From an uncultured Gammaproteobacteria bacterium (GTDB lineage Bacteria > Pseudomonadota > Gammaproteobacteria > Eutrophobiales > Eutrophobiaceae), in assembly GCA_963976795.1 (NCBI GenBank), contig CAXBLT010000014.1:2314-66313 (forward strand): 64,000 nucleotides of DNA, written 5' to 3'. Shown here one piece after another: positions 1-10,400 of the stretch. The stretch's first letter is position 1; every line of letters starts with the position of its first letter. The notes beneath the pieces are model-generated. The model worked only from the letters and a program-made list of their open reading frames with translations, made no database searches and had not been told where the DNA came from. The position numbers were made by a program, and so were the translations under genes.

Positions 1-144
1 TAATTATATTAGAATACCCATATGTCACTTGACTGGATTGAAAACCCAAAACGTTTCGCGGGGAAGGCGCTCCTGATGTATGATACATGATTAAATTCTG
101 ACGTTATTTTTTAATCTTACTTTAGAGAAGAGCAATAAAATTCA

Positions 145-1776
145 ATGAGTTATCAAGTACTTGCCCGAAAATGGCGGCCTGGATCATTTCAAGATATGGT
201 CGGACAATCACATGTTTTAAAGGCATTGACTAATGCGCTGGATCAAGACCGTTTGCACCATGCTTATTTATTTACCGGTACACGCGGTGTTGGCAAGACG
301 ACTCTGGCAAGAATCTTAGCCAAATGTTTGAATTGTGATACTGGTGTGAGTTCTACACCCTGTGGCACATGCAATGCCTGTGTTGCAATAGACGAAGGTC
401 GCTTTGTTGATTTAATTGAAGTGGATGCCGCATCACGCGCCAAGGTCGAGGAAACACGCGACTTGATGGACAATGTTCAATACGCACCAAGTAGTGGTAG
501 ATATAAAGTCTATCTGATAGATGAAATTCATATGTTTTCCAACCATAGTTTTAATGCTTTATTGAAAACACTTGAAGAACCCCCTCCGCATGTAAAGTTT
601 TTACTGGCGACAACCGAACCCAAAAAATTACCTGTGACGATTTTGTCACGTTGTTTGCAATTTAATCTGAGTCATTTAACAAATGAACAAATCGCCAAGC
701 AAGTTGAAATGATTCTCGGGCAAGAGAATATTGAATATGACTCTGCTTCGACAGAACTCATTGCGAGTGGTGCAGCAGGCAGTATGCGTGATGCGTTAAG
801 TCTATTAGATCAAGCAATCGCCTATGGCGGTGGTAGATTAGAAGAGACTCAAGTTCGCGCCATGATGGGAACAATCGACAGTGCTGACTTGAATGGTTTG
901 ATCCAGGCGTTGATTGATGCTGATCCAGAGGCATTGCTGGATACAATCGAGACAATTGCATTACAAAGTCCTGACTTTGATGCTTTATTAGCGGAGTTAT
1001 TAAGTCTGCTCCAAAAAATAGCGATCATTCAAATATTGCCGCCGGATTCAAGTAATCCAATAAAAGATAATGCCGTATTAGTCGATTTTGCAAATGCAAT
1101 GAATAAGGAAGATGCTCAACTTTATTATCAAATCGGGATGATGGGGCGCAAGGATCTTTATTTAGCACCGGATGTTAAGTCAGGATTCGAGATGGTTATG
1201 ATCAGGATGCTGGCATTTAGACCGCTGACGGGTGATGAAGTGATCAGTAAACCACAAACACTCAAACCTACAAGTAGACCGAGCGCGCAAGAAGCAATGC
1301 CGAAAGCGTCATCCGTTACAGCAGAGAGGAATGATGTTGTTCCAACAAAAATTCCAATAGAAGCGCGTGACGAAGCGCCAATAAAAAATACAAACTCTGA
1401 TAATGAATGGAAAAAGATCATCGATGAGATGGCCTTGGTAGGGCTGGTAAAAGAACTAGCTGGAAACTGTGTTTTAAAATCACACACTGACAACCTCATA
1501 GAATTGGCGTTAGCACCATCACAGGAACACTTGCTACTAAACCAGAATCAAAAACACCGTTTGGAGCAAGCTATCCAAACCCGGTTTGGTTCGGAAGTTA
1601 AGTTAACTATATTGGTAGAGGATTCAAGTAATGAGACGCCTGCTGAAACCAATGCTCGACTAGAACGAGAAAAACAAAAAGTGGCTGAGAATGCTATAAA
1701 TAATGACCCAACAGTGAAATCATTAGTGGATACGTTTAATGCTTCAGTTGACCAAGACTCAATTCAACCCCAGTAA
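145..1776 (+). CDS. dnaX: DNA polymerase III subunit tau/gamma
   Basis: 543 aa; Walker A GTRGVGKTT, clamp-loader box motifs, synteny dnaX-ybaB-recR. Confidence 0.95.
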   Translation: MSYQVLARKWRPGSFQDMVGQSHVLKALTNALDQDRLHHAYLFTGTRGVGKTTLARILAKCLNCDTGVSSTPCGTCNACVAIDEGRFVDLIEVDAASRAKVEETRDLMDNVQYAPSSGRYKVYLIDEIHMFSNHSFNALLKTLEEPPPHVKFLLATTEPKKLPVTILSRCLQFNLSHLTNEQIAKQVEMILGQENIEYDSASTELIASGAAGSMRDALSLLDQAIAYGGGRLEETQVRAMMGTIDSADLNGLIQALIDADPEALLDTIETIALQSPDFDALLAELLSLLQKIAIIQILPPDSSNPIKDNAVLVDFANAMNKEDAQLYYQIGMMGRKDLYLAPDVKSGFEMVMIRMLAFRPLTGDEVISKPQTLKPTSRPSAQEAMPKASSVTAERNDVVPTKIPIEARDEAPIKNTNSDNEWKKIIDEMALVGLVKELAGNCVLKSHTDNLIELALAPSQEHLLLNQNQKHRLEQAIQTRFGSEVKLTILVEDSSNETPAETNARLEREKQKVAENAINNDPTVKSLVDTFNASVDQDSIQPQ

Positions 1777-1807
1777 ACAACATTTTTAATTAAGAGGAAA
1801 TAAAACG

Positions 1808-2131
1808 ATGAAAGGTGGTATGGGAAATATCATGAAACAGGCGCAACAGATGCAAGCCAATATGGAAAAAGCCCAAAAAGAGCTCGCTGATGCAGAAGTT
1901 GTTGGTGAATCAGGAGCGGGTTTGGTTAAAGTAACAATGAATGGTCGTCATGATGTAAAACGTGTCGTTATCGATCCAGAATTGATGAAAGATGATAAAG
2001 AGATGGTTGAAGATCTTGTGGCTGCAGCCGTGAACGATGCAAATCGACGAGTAGAAACTATGACACAGGAAAGGATGGCAAGTGTTACTGCTGGAATGGG
2101 TCTACCACCAGGAATGAAACTCCCTTTTTAG
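1808..2131 (+). CDS. ybaB: YbaB/EbfC nucleoid-associated protein
   Basis: 107 aa, conserved position between dnaX and recR, typical YbaB N-terminal [16 protein letters not shown]. Confidence 0.9.
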   Translation: MKGGMGNIMKQAQQMQANMEKAQKELADAEVVGESGAGLVKVTMNGRHDVKRVVIDPELMKDDKEMVEDLVAAAVNDANRRVETMTQERMASVTAGMGLPPGMKLPF

Positions 2132-2152
2132 TTTTTGTAATACAGAATTCTT

Positions 2153-2746
2153 ATGACCCAACAGTCCTTGTTAGAGCAACTGGTTGAAGCCTTGCGTTGC
2201 ATGCCCGGTATAGGCAGAAAATCAGCACAACGGATTGCCCATCAGCTATTACAAAGAAATCGTGATGCGGCAAAACACCTCTCCAGAATTTTGGCCGATG
2301 CTATGGAAAATATTGGACATTGTGAACGTTGTCGTACCTATACCGAAAATACACTATGTCACCTTTGTGAAAATAAAAAACGTGATGAAAGTATGCTTTG
2401 TATCGTGGAAAACCCCTCTGATGTTGATTCAATTGAAGAAGCAAATTATCGCGGACGTTATTTTGTTTTGCTTGGCCACTTATCACCGCTGGATGGTATT
2501 GGGCCGGATGATATAGGTCTGAATGATCTGCCAAAATTATTGGACAACGAAGAATTAAAAGAAGTAATCCTTGCGACTAGCAGTACAGTAGAGGGTGAGG
2601 CTACAGCCCACTTTATTAGCGAGATGGTTAAAGCGCGTGGTAAAGCCGTTTCCCGAATTGCGCATGGGGTACCGATGGGGGGAGAGCTGGAGTATGTTAA
2701 TAGCTTGACTATCGCTCATGCAATAGATGGCAGGAAAGCGATCTAA
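2153..2746 (+). CDS. recR: recombination protein RecR
   Basis: 197 aa, HhH motif plus C4 zinc finger (CERCRTYTENTLCHLC), Toprim region. Confidence 0.95.
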   Translation: MTQQSLLEQLVEALRCMPGIGRKSAQRIAHQLLQRNRDAAKHLSRILADAMENIGHCERCRTYTENTLCHLCENKKRDESMLCIVENPSDVDSIEEANYRGRYFVLLGHLSPLDGIGPDDIGLNDLPKLLDNEELKEVILATSSTVEGEATAHFISEMVKARGKAVSRIAHGVPMGGELEYVNSLTIAHAIDGRKAI

Positions 2747-2908
2747 TAATTTTTTTTAAATCGTTTAAGCTTGTTTAATAGACGTTCAACACTTTGGAAA
2801 GAAGGCTCAATAGTGCTTCCCCTATTCTTTGGTTAAACAATACTAAAGGTGTGATAAAAAACATGCCAAACATTTTATTGTCATACACAATTAAATCGGT
2901 AATATAAA

Positions 2909-3775
2909 ATGAACGCAGTGTTATGGATGATAGGAGGCTTAGTCTCATTAAGCTTGATGGCAATCGGAGCGCGAGAACTTGCCGGGCAAATCACGACCTT
3001 CCAAATTCTTTTTTTTCGTAGTGTAGTCGGTTTGTTCATCATTACTGTAATAATTTATAAATCGAAAAAATCCAGACTATTTTCAAGTAAACGTATAAAG
3101 CTGCATATTGTACGTAATGTTTTTCATTTTATCGGGCAGTATGGCTGGTTCCTTGGGATCGGGTTATTACCCTTGGCGCATGTCTTTGCGCTGGAATTCA
3201 CCGTGCCTATGTGGACATTGGTAATAGCGTCGCTGTTCTTGAAGGAAGGCATAACTCCCCGGAAAATAATAGCTGTTTTATTTGGAGTCTTGGGCGTTTA
3301 TGTCATTTTAAACCCGGGCATAGAGATTGTAGATTCGGCATCAATTATTGTTTTGGTTGCGGCTATTGGGTATTCGGCCTCACATGTCGCAACCAAGGCG
3401 TTATCAAACACGGAGGACTCATTAACTGTCTTGTTTTATATGTGCCTCATACAACTTCCCATTGGTTTTCTATTTACCATGAATGATTGGGTATTGCCCG
3501 ATTTACGCCAGTGCTTTTGGTTAAGTGTTATTGGTATAACTGCGTTAACCGGACATTATTGTATTACCAATGCAATGAAATTAGCGGAAGCAGGTATCGT
3601 CGTTACTTTGGATTTTTTTCGATTGCCGTTGATTGCCGTTGTTGGAACGATCTTATACAACGAAGCGTTTGAAGTTGCGGTTATCCTGGGCGCTGGTTTA
3701 ATGCTATTTGGTAACCTGATAAATTTAAGCCCATCAAAAACGAAGCGTCTCCCTACAGCAACACATGAAGATTAA
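2909..3775 (+). CDS. EamA/DMT family transporter
   Basis: 288 aa, ~10 TM helices, duplicated EamA-like halves. Confidence 0.7.
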   Translation: MNAVLWMIGGLVSLSLMAIGARELAGQITTFQILFFRSVVGLFIITVIIYKSKKSRLFSSKRIKLHIVRNVFHFIGQYGWFLGIGLLPLAHVFALEFTVPMWTLVIASLFLKEGITPRKIIAVLFGVLGVYVILNPGIEIVDSASIIVLVAAIGYSASHVATKALSNTEDSLTVLFYMCLIQLPIGFLFTMNDWVLPDLRQCFWLSVIGITALTGHYCITNAMKLAEAGIVVTLDFFRLPLIAVVGTILYNEAFEVAVILGAGLMLFGNLINLSPSKTKRLPTATHED

Positions 3776-3924
3776 CCTTGTTCTGATCTAAGTGTTTTTA
3801 CACCGATTATCCAATCATTTCTCTCGCGTACTCATTTTGGATTCGGACTATGTGCATGTGTCACATAATCTGCATAACAACCTTGTTTGGGTAAGGGCTA
3901 ATTACTTATATTGAGTAACGTCAT

Positions 3925-4377
3925 TTGAGAAACAGAGAGGTCTTAAAAATGAAGGCTAAACATGGCAAACAGCCGTACGACTATTATGAAGAAACGAGGA
4001 CGTATCCCCGTGTACATATCAACCTGCCAATTACGATATACCTTGATAACAAACGATTTATCACAGCAAGTATTTATGATATCTCGCCGGATGGGTTGCA
4101 GGTTCGTTGCACAAGGGCTATTGCGAAGGCATTAAACCCACGAGGCCAACGAATAAAGTATGAAGACAAATTTACTGTTAATACGAAATTTACTGTGTCT
4201 ATTGATGACGAGCAACATGTGGTGGCGGTCTCTTGTCAAATTTACTATTTTGTTTTGCTTCCTGACGTCGAAGGAGAAGATGTCGCTTTTGGTTTGAAGT
4301 TTAAAAAATTCGAAGGGGAATCAATCAGGCACATAGGAGATCTTATTGAAAACGAATTAGAGCCAACAGTTGTATAA
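3925..4377 (+). CDS. PilZ domain protein (c-di-GMP binding)
   Basis: RxxxR (RTYPR) and DxSxxG (DISPDG) PilZ motifs. Confidence 0.65.
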   Translation: MRNREVLKMKAKHGKQPYDYYEETRTYPRVHINLPITIYLDNKRFITASIYDISPDGLQVRCTRAIAKALNPRGQRIKYEDKFTVNTKFTVSIDDEQHVVAVSCQIYYFVLLPDVEGEDVAFGLKFKKFEGESIRHIGDLIENELEPTVV

Positions 4378-4442
4378 CAATAAATGGTTGGCTTTAAGAA
4401 ACCTTGAGAAAATATTATTATTTGATTAGTGTCATTAAAATT

Positions 4443-4739
4443 TTATTTATCAGGATTGAAGTGATAAAAAGATTGGTTCAAGTAAGCCGTGACATCATCT
4501 ATCTCTTCTTCAAACCAAATCAGTTCGGTCATAATCTCGCATTGGACTACACGTTCGCGAAGCAATGAATAGCTTTTTGTTTTCTTGTCTTCACGCGTGT
4601 ACATAGAATCATCGTGACAACGTACACAACTTTCATTATGTAGCTCCTTACCATTGTCGATATCGAAAGCATGTGTGGACGTACTTAACAACAAGAATGA
4701 GACTAAGTTTGCCAGTGAGATTTTATTGAATAAGTTCAT
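4443..4739 (-). CDS. small secreted c-type cytochrome-like protein (CXXCH)
   Basis: 98 aa, N-terminal signal peptide, single CVRCH heme-binding motif; 4-nt overlap with upstream M48 peptidase gene. Confidence 0.5.
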   Translation of the reverse strand: MNLFNKISLANLVSFLLLSTSTHAFDIDNGKELHNESCVRCHDDSMYTREDKKTKSYSLLRERVVQCEIMTELIWFEEEIDDVTAYLNQSFYHFNPDK

Positions 4740-5980
4740 GCAAATTTACTCTTCAAATGTGCGATTCGTATCGGTGCTGGCGGATGTGAATCATGGAATG
4801 CAGAATACAGCGGATCCGGTGTCAATGTATTTGCATTTTCACGGTATAAACTCACCAATGCGGTAATCAGGTTTTCTGTTTGTGCTTGGTCTGCTGCAAA
4901 ATCATCAGCTTCAAATTCATGTTGACGTGATATGAATGAGAACAAAGGTTGCAGAAAAAATGTAAACGCAGGTGAGGCTATTAAGAACAATATTAATGCC
5001 ATATAGGTAGACGCTTGTTCGACGCCCAAACCATTATAGAACCAGGGTTCGTTAATCAGCCATCCAAGTATTCCCAAACCAATCAAAAAGACACTTCCCA
5101 ATACCGATATTCTTTTACGGATATGGTTACATTTGAAATGCCCAAGTTCATGTGCGAGAACGGCTTCAATCTCATCGTAACTAAGCTCATTAACCAATGT
5201 ATCAAAAAAGACAATACGTTTATTTGCACCAAGACCTGTAAAGTAGGCATTACCGTGTGTCGAGCGAGTTGAACCATCCATCACGAAAATACCCTGGCTT
5301 TTGAATCCATTTCGAGTAAGCAGGTTTTCTATGCGTGTTCTTAACTCTTCATTATCTAATGGTCTAAATTTATTAAAAAGAGGTGCTATAAAAGCTGGAT
5401 AGGCCCACATCATAATAAGACTGAAACTCAACCATGTTGCCCAGACATAAAGCCACCAGTAGTTACCACTATTCTCCATAATCCAGAGCACGAGCAATAA
5501 GATTGGCGTACCAATCAATAAGCCTACTACAGCATTTTTAAGTAGGTCGACGATAAATATTTTTGGCGTCATCTTATTGAAGCCAAATGATTGTTCTAGT
5601 TTAAATGTCCGATAAATTGACATTGGTAAATCGAGTATCGACATAATAGCGAATACACTGAGAATGAACCCGGCCCCGGTCCAAATGTCCGATAAGCCAA
5701 ATGAACGCCACCAGTTATCTAGCAGTTGAAGCCCGCCTGCCAAGGTCCACAATAGCAAAAATACTGAACCGATGATGAGTTCTGCCAAACCTGTTTTTAC
5801 CTTCGCTTGAGTATAATCTGCAGCCTTATGATGCGCTTCAACTGGAATTTTATCATTAAAAGCATCTGGCACATTTTCGCGGTTAGAACGAATATGGCTG
5901 ATATGTCGTTGTACTAAAAACCATTGAACAACGATGCTGACGCCTAAGCTAAGTACAAATATGCTGGTAAAGAGGTTCAC
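4736..5980 (-). CDS. M48 family zinc metallopeptidase (Ste24/HtpX-like), membrane
   Basis: 414 aa, several TM helices, HELGH zinc motif. Confidence 0.8.
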   Translation of the reverse strand: MNLFTSIFVLSLGVSIVVQWFLVQRHISHIRSNRENVPDAFNDKIPVEAHHKAADYTQAKVKTGLAELIIGSVFLLLWTLAGGLQLLDNWWRSFGLSDIWTGAGFILSVFAIMSILDLPMSIYRTFKLEQSFGFNKMTPKIFIVDLLKNAVVGLLIGTPILLLVLWIMENSGNYWWLYVWATWLSFSLIMMWAYPAFIAPLFNKFRPLDNEELRTRIENLLTRNGFKSQGIFVMDGSTRSTHGNAYFTGLGANKRIVFFDTLVNELSYDEIEAVLAHELGHFKCNHIRKRISVLGSVFLIGLGILGWLINEPWFYNGLGVEQASTYMALILFLIASPAFTFFLQPLFSFISRQHEFEADDFAADQAQTENLITALVSLYRENANTLTPDPLYSAFHDSHPPAPIRIAHLKSKFA

Positions 5981-6094
5981 GCGGTTTTTATCTCCTGAAA
6001 GAATTCTTGTCTGTTTTGTAATAAGTCGTTAATTATGTTCATATTTAGTAAATAGTGGTTAAAATTAAATAATCAAATAAAAACTGGATACATA

Positions 6095-6637
6095 ATGTCA
6101 CATTCTGAAAATAACCTCATATGGATCGATCTGGAAATGACGGGTCTTGATACTGATAATGACCTAATCATAGAGGTCGCTACTATTGTTACCGATCCTC
6201 AGCTTAACATCCTCGAAGAAGGTCCCATCATAGCAATCTTTCAATCTGATGAGATATTGGGGCAAATGGATGAGTGGAATACAAGACAACATAATCAATC
6301 CGGTTTGGTGGAAAGAATCAAGAATAGTCCATATGACGTTGCCGAAGCTGAAAGTTTGACGCTGGCATTTCTAAAAAAATTCGTAGGAAAAGGAAAATCA
6401 CCAATGTGTGGTAATAGTATATGTCAGGATCGCAGATTTATGCACCGATTAATGCCTGAATTAGAAGCCTATTTTCATTACCGAAACCTTGATGTCAGTA
6501 CCATCAAGGAAATCACCAAACGTTGGGCACCAGATCAGGAAGATTACACTAAACAAGGCAATCACCTTGCGATGGATGACATACGTGATTCAATCAATGA
6601 GTTGCAGTTCTATCGAGAGCACGTTTTCAAAATATAA
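6095..6637 (+). CDS. orn: oligoribonuclease
   Basis: 180 aa, DEDDh exonuclease motifs, [11 protein letters not shown]-terminus. Confidence 0.95.
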   Translation: MSHSENNLIWIDLEMTGLDTDNDLIIEVATIVTDPQLNILEEGPIIAIFQSDEILGQMDEWNTRQHNQSGLVERIKNSPYDVAEAESLTLAFLKKFVGKGKSPMCGNSICQDRRFMHRLMPELEAYFHYRNLDVSTIKEITKRWAPDQEDYTKQGNHLAMDDIRDSINELQFYREHVFKI

Positions 6638-6639
6638 CC

Positions 6640-8148
6640 ATGTACGAATCTAATCGAAACTTGCCGGTTAAGCTATTCACCTCCGAGCAGGTCAGAGAAC
6701 TCGATCGAATCGCGATTGAAGATCACGGTATTGCGGGCTATTCCCTCATGCAACGCGCAGCGCGTTTTAGTTATGGGGAACTGAAACAACACTGGCCAGA
6801 TGCCAATAATATCGTAGTTGTCTGTGGCGGGGGAAATAATGCGGGTGATGGCTATGTTTTGGCTAAATTGGCGATAGAGGATGGGAAGCTGGTCTCAGTT
6901 ATTAACATGTTTAATGTTGAAAATCTGAAAGGTGATGCAGCAACTGCTTATCAGGATTTAAGTACTACAAACATAAGGCCTCAGAATTTTTCGACTTCTG
7001 TATTTGACGGTGCTGACGTCATTGTTGACGCTGTGTTTGGGACAGGGCTCGATCGCGATATAGAAGGTGAGTGTTATGATTTGATCAAGCTTATGAATTC
7101 ATCTGGATGTCGAATTATTTCTATCGACATCCCTTCAGGCATAAATGCGAATACAGGTAGCTCAATGAATGTTGCGGTTAATGCTGACGTTACTGCTACA
7201 TTCATAGGACTTAAACAGGGGATGTTTACCAATGATGGACTTGCCGCATCGGGAGAGGTCAAATTTAATGACCTTGATGTGCCCGAAGAGGCCTATCAAC
7301 AAATAAATCTAAACCGTGATAGTCATATTGTTTCAAGGTTGATCCTGGAAGATTTGAGTAAAATTCTTAAACCGCGTCATCGTAATTCGCATAAAGGTCA
7401 TTTTGGACATGCGCTTATTGTCGGAGGCGATGAAGGTTACCTCGGTGCAGCGCGTATGGCGGCTGAGGCAGCGGGACGAGTCGGGGCAGGTTTAGTGAGT
7501 GTTGCAACGCGTTCATCACATGCCAGTCTACTCAGCACTGTGAGACCAGAAATCATGTCTCACGGCGTTGAAACACTGGATGACTTAATGCCGTTAATCA
7601 AGCGCGCGTCAGTGATTGCGATTGGACCAGGCTTAGGGACATCGGAATGGGGCAAATTCTTATTAGCGCGCGTACTTGAATCAACGCTTCCGATAGTGAT
7701 TGATGCAGATGCGTTAAATCTTTTAATTGAAGAAGAACAGGTTTCAAAATCATGGGTGATTACGCCGCACCCGGGTGAAGCAGCACGTTTATTAAATACG
7801 GATACAAAAACAATTCAGAAGAACAGGTTCAAGTCTTTGGGATTATTACATGAAAAATTTCAGGGGCCAGTTGTGCTCAAAGGGTGTGGGACATTGATCG
7901 CTGATACTAAAGGGGATTTTTTCATCAGCGATGCTGGTAATCCAGGGATGTCTTCCGGAGGCATGGGTGATGTCTTGACCGGGGTTATTGCAGGTTTAAT
8001 TGCGCAGGGTATTGAGATGAATCTTGCTACTAAATTAGGAGTTTGTTTACATGCTAACGCCGCAGATAGAGCTGCCAATCGTGGTGAGCGCGGCCTATTG
8101 GCCATGGATCTGATGCCGCACTTACATAAGTTGGTAAACCCAGAATAA
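6640..8148 (+). CDS. nnr: bifunctional NAD(P)H-hydrate epimerase/ADP-dependent dehydratase
   Basis: 502 aa, YjeF-N plus carbohydrate-kinase-like C domain; synteny with tsaE-amiB. Confidence 0.9.
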   Translation: MYESNRNLPVKLFTSEQVRELDRIAIEDHGIAGYSLMQRAARFSYGELKQHWPDANNIVVVCGGGNNAGDGYVLAKLAIEDGKLVSVINMFNVENLKGDAATAYQDLSTTNIRPQNFSTSVFDGADVIVDAVFGTGLDRDIEGECYDLIKLMNSSGCRIISIDIPSGINANTGSSMNVAVNADVTATFIGLKQGMFTNDGLAASGEVKFNDLDVPEEAYQQINLNRDSHIVSRLILEDLSKILKPRHRNSHKGHFGHALIVGGDEGYLGAARMAAEAAGRVGAGLVSVATRSSHASLLSTVRPEIMSHGVETLDDLMPLIKRASVIAIGPGLGTSEWGKFLLARVLESTLPIVIDADALNLLIEEEQVSKSWVITPHPGEAARLLNTDTKTIQKNRFKSLGLLHEKFQGPVVLKGCGTLIADTKGDFFISDAGNPGMSSGGMGDVLTGVIAGLIAQGIEMNLATKLGVCLHANAADRAANRGERGLLAMDLMPHLHKLVNPE

Positions 8149-8603
8149 TGTTGTTCGCGCTTCAGGATGAGTCCGAGACAATCGCATTGGGCGCTAAAAT
8201 GGCTAGCGCACTGATTGGTGGTGAGATCATTTTTTTACAGGGTGAACTTGGTGCAGGTAAAACTACTTTTGTACGTGGCTTGTTAAATGCGTTAGGTCAT
8301 TCTGGTAATGTGAAAAGTCCGACCTATACCTTAGTTGAGCCCTATTCGATTACTGGTATTGATATATATCACTTTGATTTATATCGTATTAATGACCCAG
8401 AAGAACTTGAGGCAATGGGAATACGTGATTATTGTGATGGTAACGCAATCTGCTTGTTTGAATGGCCTGAGCAGGGGGCAGATGTCCTGCCCGAGGCTGA
8501 TATTACCCTGTCTCTTACTCATCTTTCCTCTGGTAGAGAGCTTGACATAAAAACGCATTCAGTCGCCGGCGAGAATATTCTGCACCGCATCAAATCAGCT
8601 TAA
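8148..8603 (+). CDS. tsaE: tRNA t6A biosynthesis ATPase TsaE
   Basis: 151 aa, P-loop GELGAGKTT, conserved yjeF-yjeE-amiB order. Confidence 0.9.
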   Translation: MLFALQDESETIALGAKMASALIGGEIIFLQGELGAGKTTFVRGLLNALGHSGNVKSPTYTLVEPYSITGIDIYHFDLYRINDPEELEAMGIRDYCDGNAICLFEWPEQGADVLPEADITLSLTHLSSGRELDIKTHSVAGENILHRIKSA

Positions 8604-8756
8604 TAAACGCACGATTTGCTTTAATTGACACTACAAATATATCTACTATTATTCATATAAAACATGGATATAGGTTGCTTTTTTAAACAAAACTTGAAAC
8701 TATTCACCCTATTAGTCATATAAACAATAAAAAGGTTAAGATTTAGGTTAACGAAA

Positions 8757-10058
8757 ATGCGTTTGGTTTTATTTAATATTTTCGTCTTTCTATCATCATC
8801 AATTTTCGCTGAGACAGTGACGATTGATAATGTGCGAGTTTGGGCCGCACCTGATAGTACTCGTGTCGTGTTTGATGTCAGTGGTCCTGTGGAACATGAA
8901 TTGTCTTTGTTGACAGCGCCCTATCGAACGGTTATCGATCTTAAGCAAGCGTCAATGAGCAAAAAGGCGATTCAACCTGGTTCTGAAGATAAGTATCTAC
9001 AAGCCATTCGTTCAGCTGTTCGTAACCAGAATGATCTACGGATAGTGCTGGATCTGAAAAAATTCGTTAAATATAAAACATTCCAGCTAAAACCCAATAA
9101 ACAATATGGACATCGACTGGTCGTCGACCTATATGGCGCTGATTCTGACGAGTTAAAAACAAATAGTGTTAAAGAAGAAGTTACCGCTGCGAACCGACCG
9201 CGAGATGTAATCATTGCTATTGATGCAGGGCATGGTGGTGAAGATCCAGGTGCCAAGGGACCAAGCGGCGTTTATGAAAAAAATGTTGTATTGAAGATTT
9301 CCCAACAACTCGTAGATGTGATTAATAAAGAACACGGTATGCGCGCAGTGATGATCCGTAAGGGCGATTATTATATGTCTCTGCGAAAGCGTATAAACAA
9401 AGCAAGAGAATACAAGGCTGATCTGTTTATGTCTGTCCATGCCGATGCATTTCGTGACCCGAAGGTGCATGGTTCCTCGGTATATGTGCTATCTAAACGC
9501 GGCGCGAGTAGTGAAGCAGCTAAATGGTTAGCCGAGTCTGAAAATGCTTCCGATTTGATAGGTGGTGTCAGTTTAGATAACAAAGATGATGTGCTTGCTT
9601 CTGTGCTGCTAGATCTGTCTCAAACAGCTAGCCTTGAAGCTAGTATCGATATTGCTGATCGTGTTTTAAAGGGCCTGAAAAGTGTTGGTAAGGTACACAA
9701 GCGTACGGTGCAATCGGCTGGTTTTGCAGTATTAAAATCCCCTGACATCCCTTCAATACTAATCGAGACAGCGTTTATTTCGAATCCACAGGAAGAACGA
9801 AAATTATTAAGTGAAAGTCACCGTACCAATATGGCAAATGCCATCATGGTTGGCTTGCGTGGCTATTTTCGAGACTTTGCTCCAGAAGGAACCCTGCTGG
9901 CGTCAAGAAAACATATTATAGGACGCGGTGAAACGCTTTCGACTATTGCACAACACTATCAGGTGAGTACCGATACCTTGCGACGCTACAATGATCTGAA
10001 AGGTGATTTGGTTCGTGTGGGGCAAACTATAAGTATCCCAAGAAGTAGCGGTACATAA
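8757..10058 (+). CDS. amiB: N-acetylmuramoyl-L-alanine amidase (AMIN + Amidase_3 + LysM)
   Basis: 433 aa, signal peptide, amidase_3 core, C-terminal LysM; position upstream of mutL as in E. coli. Confidence 0.85.
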   Translation: MRLVLFNIFVFLSSSIFAETVTIDNVRVWAAPDSTRVVFDVSGPVEHELSLLTAPYRTVIDLKQASMSKKAIQPGSEDKYLQAIRSAVRNQNDLRIVLDLKKFVKYKTFQLKPNKQYGHRLVVDLYGADSDELKTNSVKEEVTAANRPRDVIIAIDAGHGGEDPGAKGPSGVYEKNVVLKISQQLVDVINKEHGMRAVMIRKGDYYMSLRKRINKAREYKADLFMSVHADAFRDPKVHGSSVYVLSKRGASSEAAKWLAESENASDLIGGVSLDNKDDVLASVLLDLSQTASLEASIDIADRVLKGLKSVGKVHKRTVQSAGFAVLKSPDIPSILIETAFISNPQEERKLLSESHRTNMANAIMVGLRGYFRDFAPEGTLLASRKHIIGRGETLSTIAQHYQVSTDTLRRYNDLKGDLVRVGQTISIPRSSGT

Positions 10059-10300
10059 AAAGGCACTTTAGAAAAGCCCTTTGAAATAATGGTGTTGCCA
10101 TTGGACTTAGAGATGATGGCATTTATATCAAATGGTGAAATGCCATCAAGCTATCTCCTGCAAATGGCATTAAGACTAGATGTTTTTATTATTACTTAAG
10201 ATATTTATCTTGAGGCTCGTGTATCCGGTAATTTATCCCGGTGTTACTTACTTCAGTCGATCATGAAGTCGAGAATTTTGAATTTATTCATAATTATTCC

Positions 10301-10400
10301 TTTCAATAATTCGACTACCTAGTCAGTAATACCTGCCGTGTCATACGACTCATGTCAGGTAGTAGAAATTTTCCTCACATCCATAAACTCCGTGTCTCAG
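10301..10400. repeat. copy 1 of ~100-bp imperfect direct repeat (degenerate duplicate of mutL 5' UTR and first ~18 codons)
   Basis: about 88% identical to 11182-11283; contains inverted-repeat arms gactacct/aggtagtag; the ATG-led frame decays to a stop after 34 codons. Confidence 0.8.

Noticed and set aside
1-144. Possible ncRNA (e.g. SRP RNA) in the leader of dnaX
   Set aside because: No match to the conserved 4.5S RNA domain IV motif; just an AT-rich promoter region.
2235-2534. ORFs 2235-2516(+) and 2301-2534(-) inside recR
   Set aside because: Fully embedded in the well-conserved recR frame, no motifs, typical shadow ORFs.
3211-3672. ORFs 3211-3486 and 3487-3672 (+) within EamA transporter gene
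   Set aside because: Alternate-frame ORFs inside a coherent 10-TM transporter gene; Cys/Arg-rich composition typical of out-of-frame translation.
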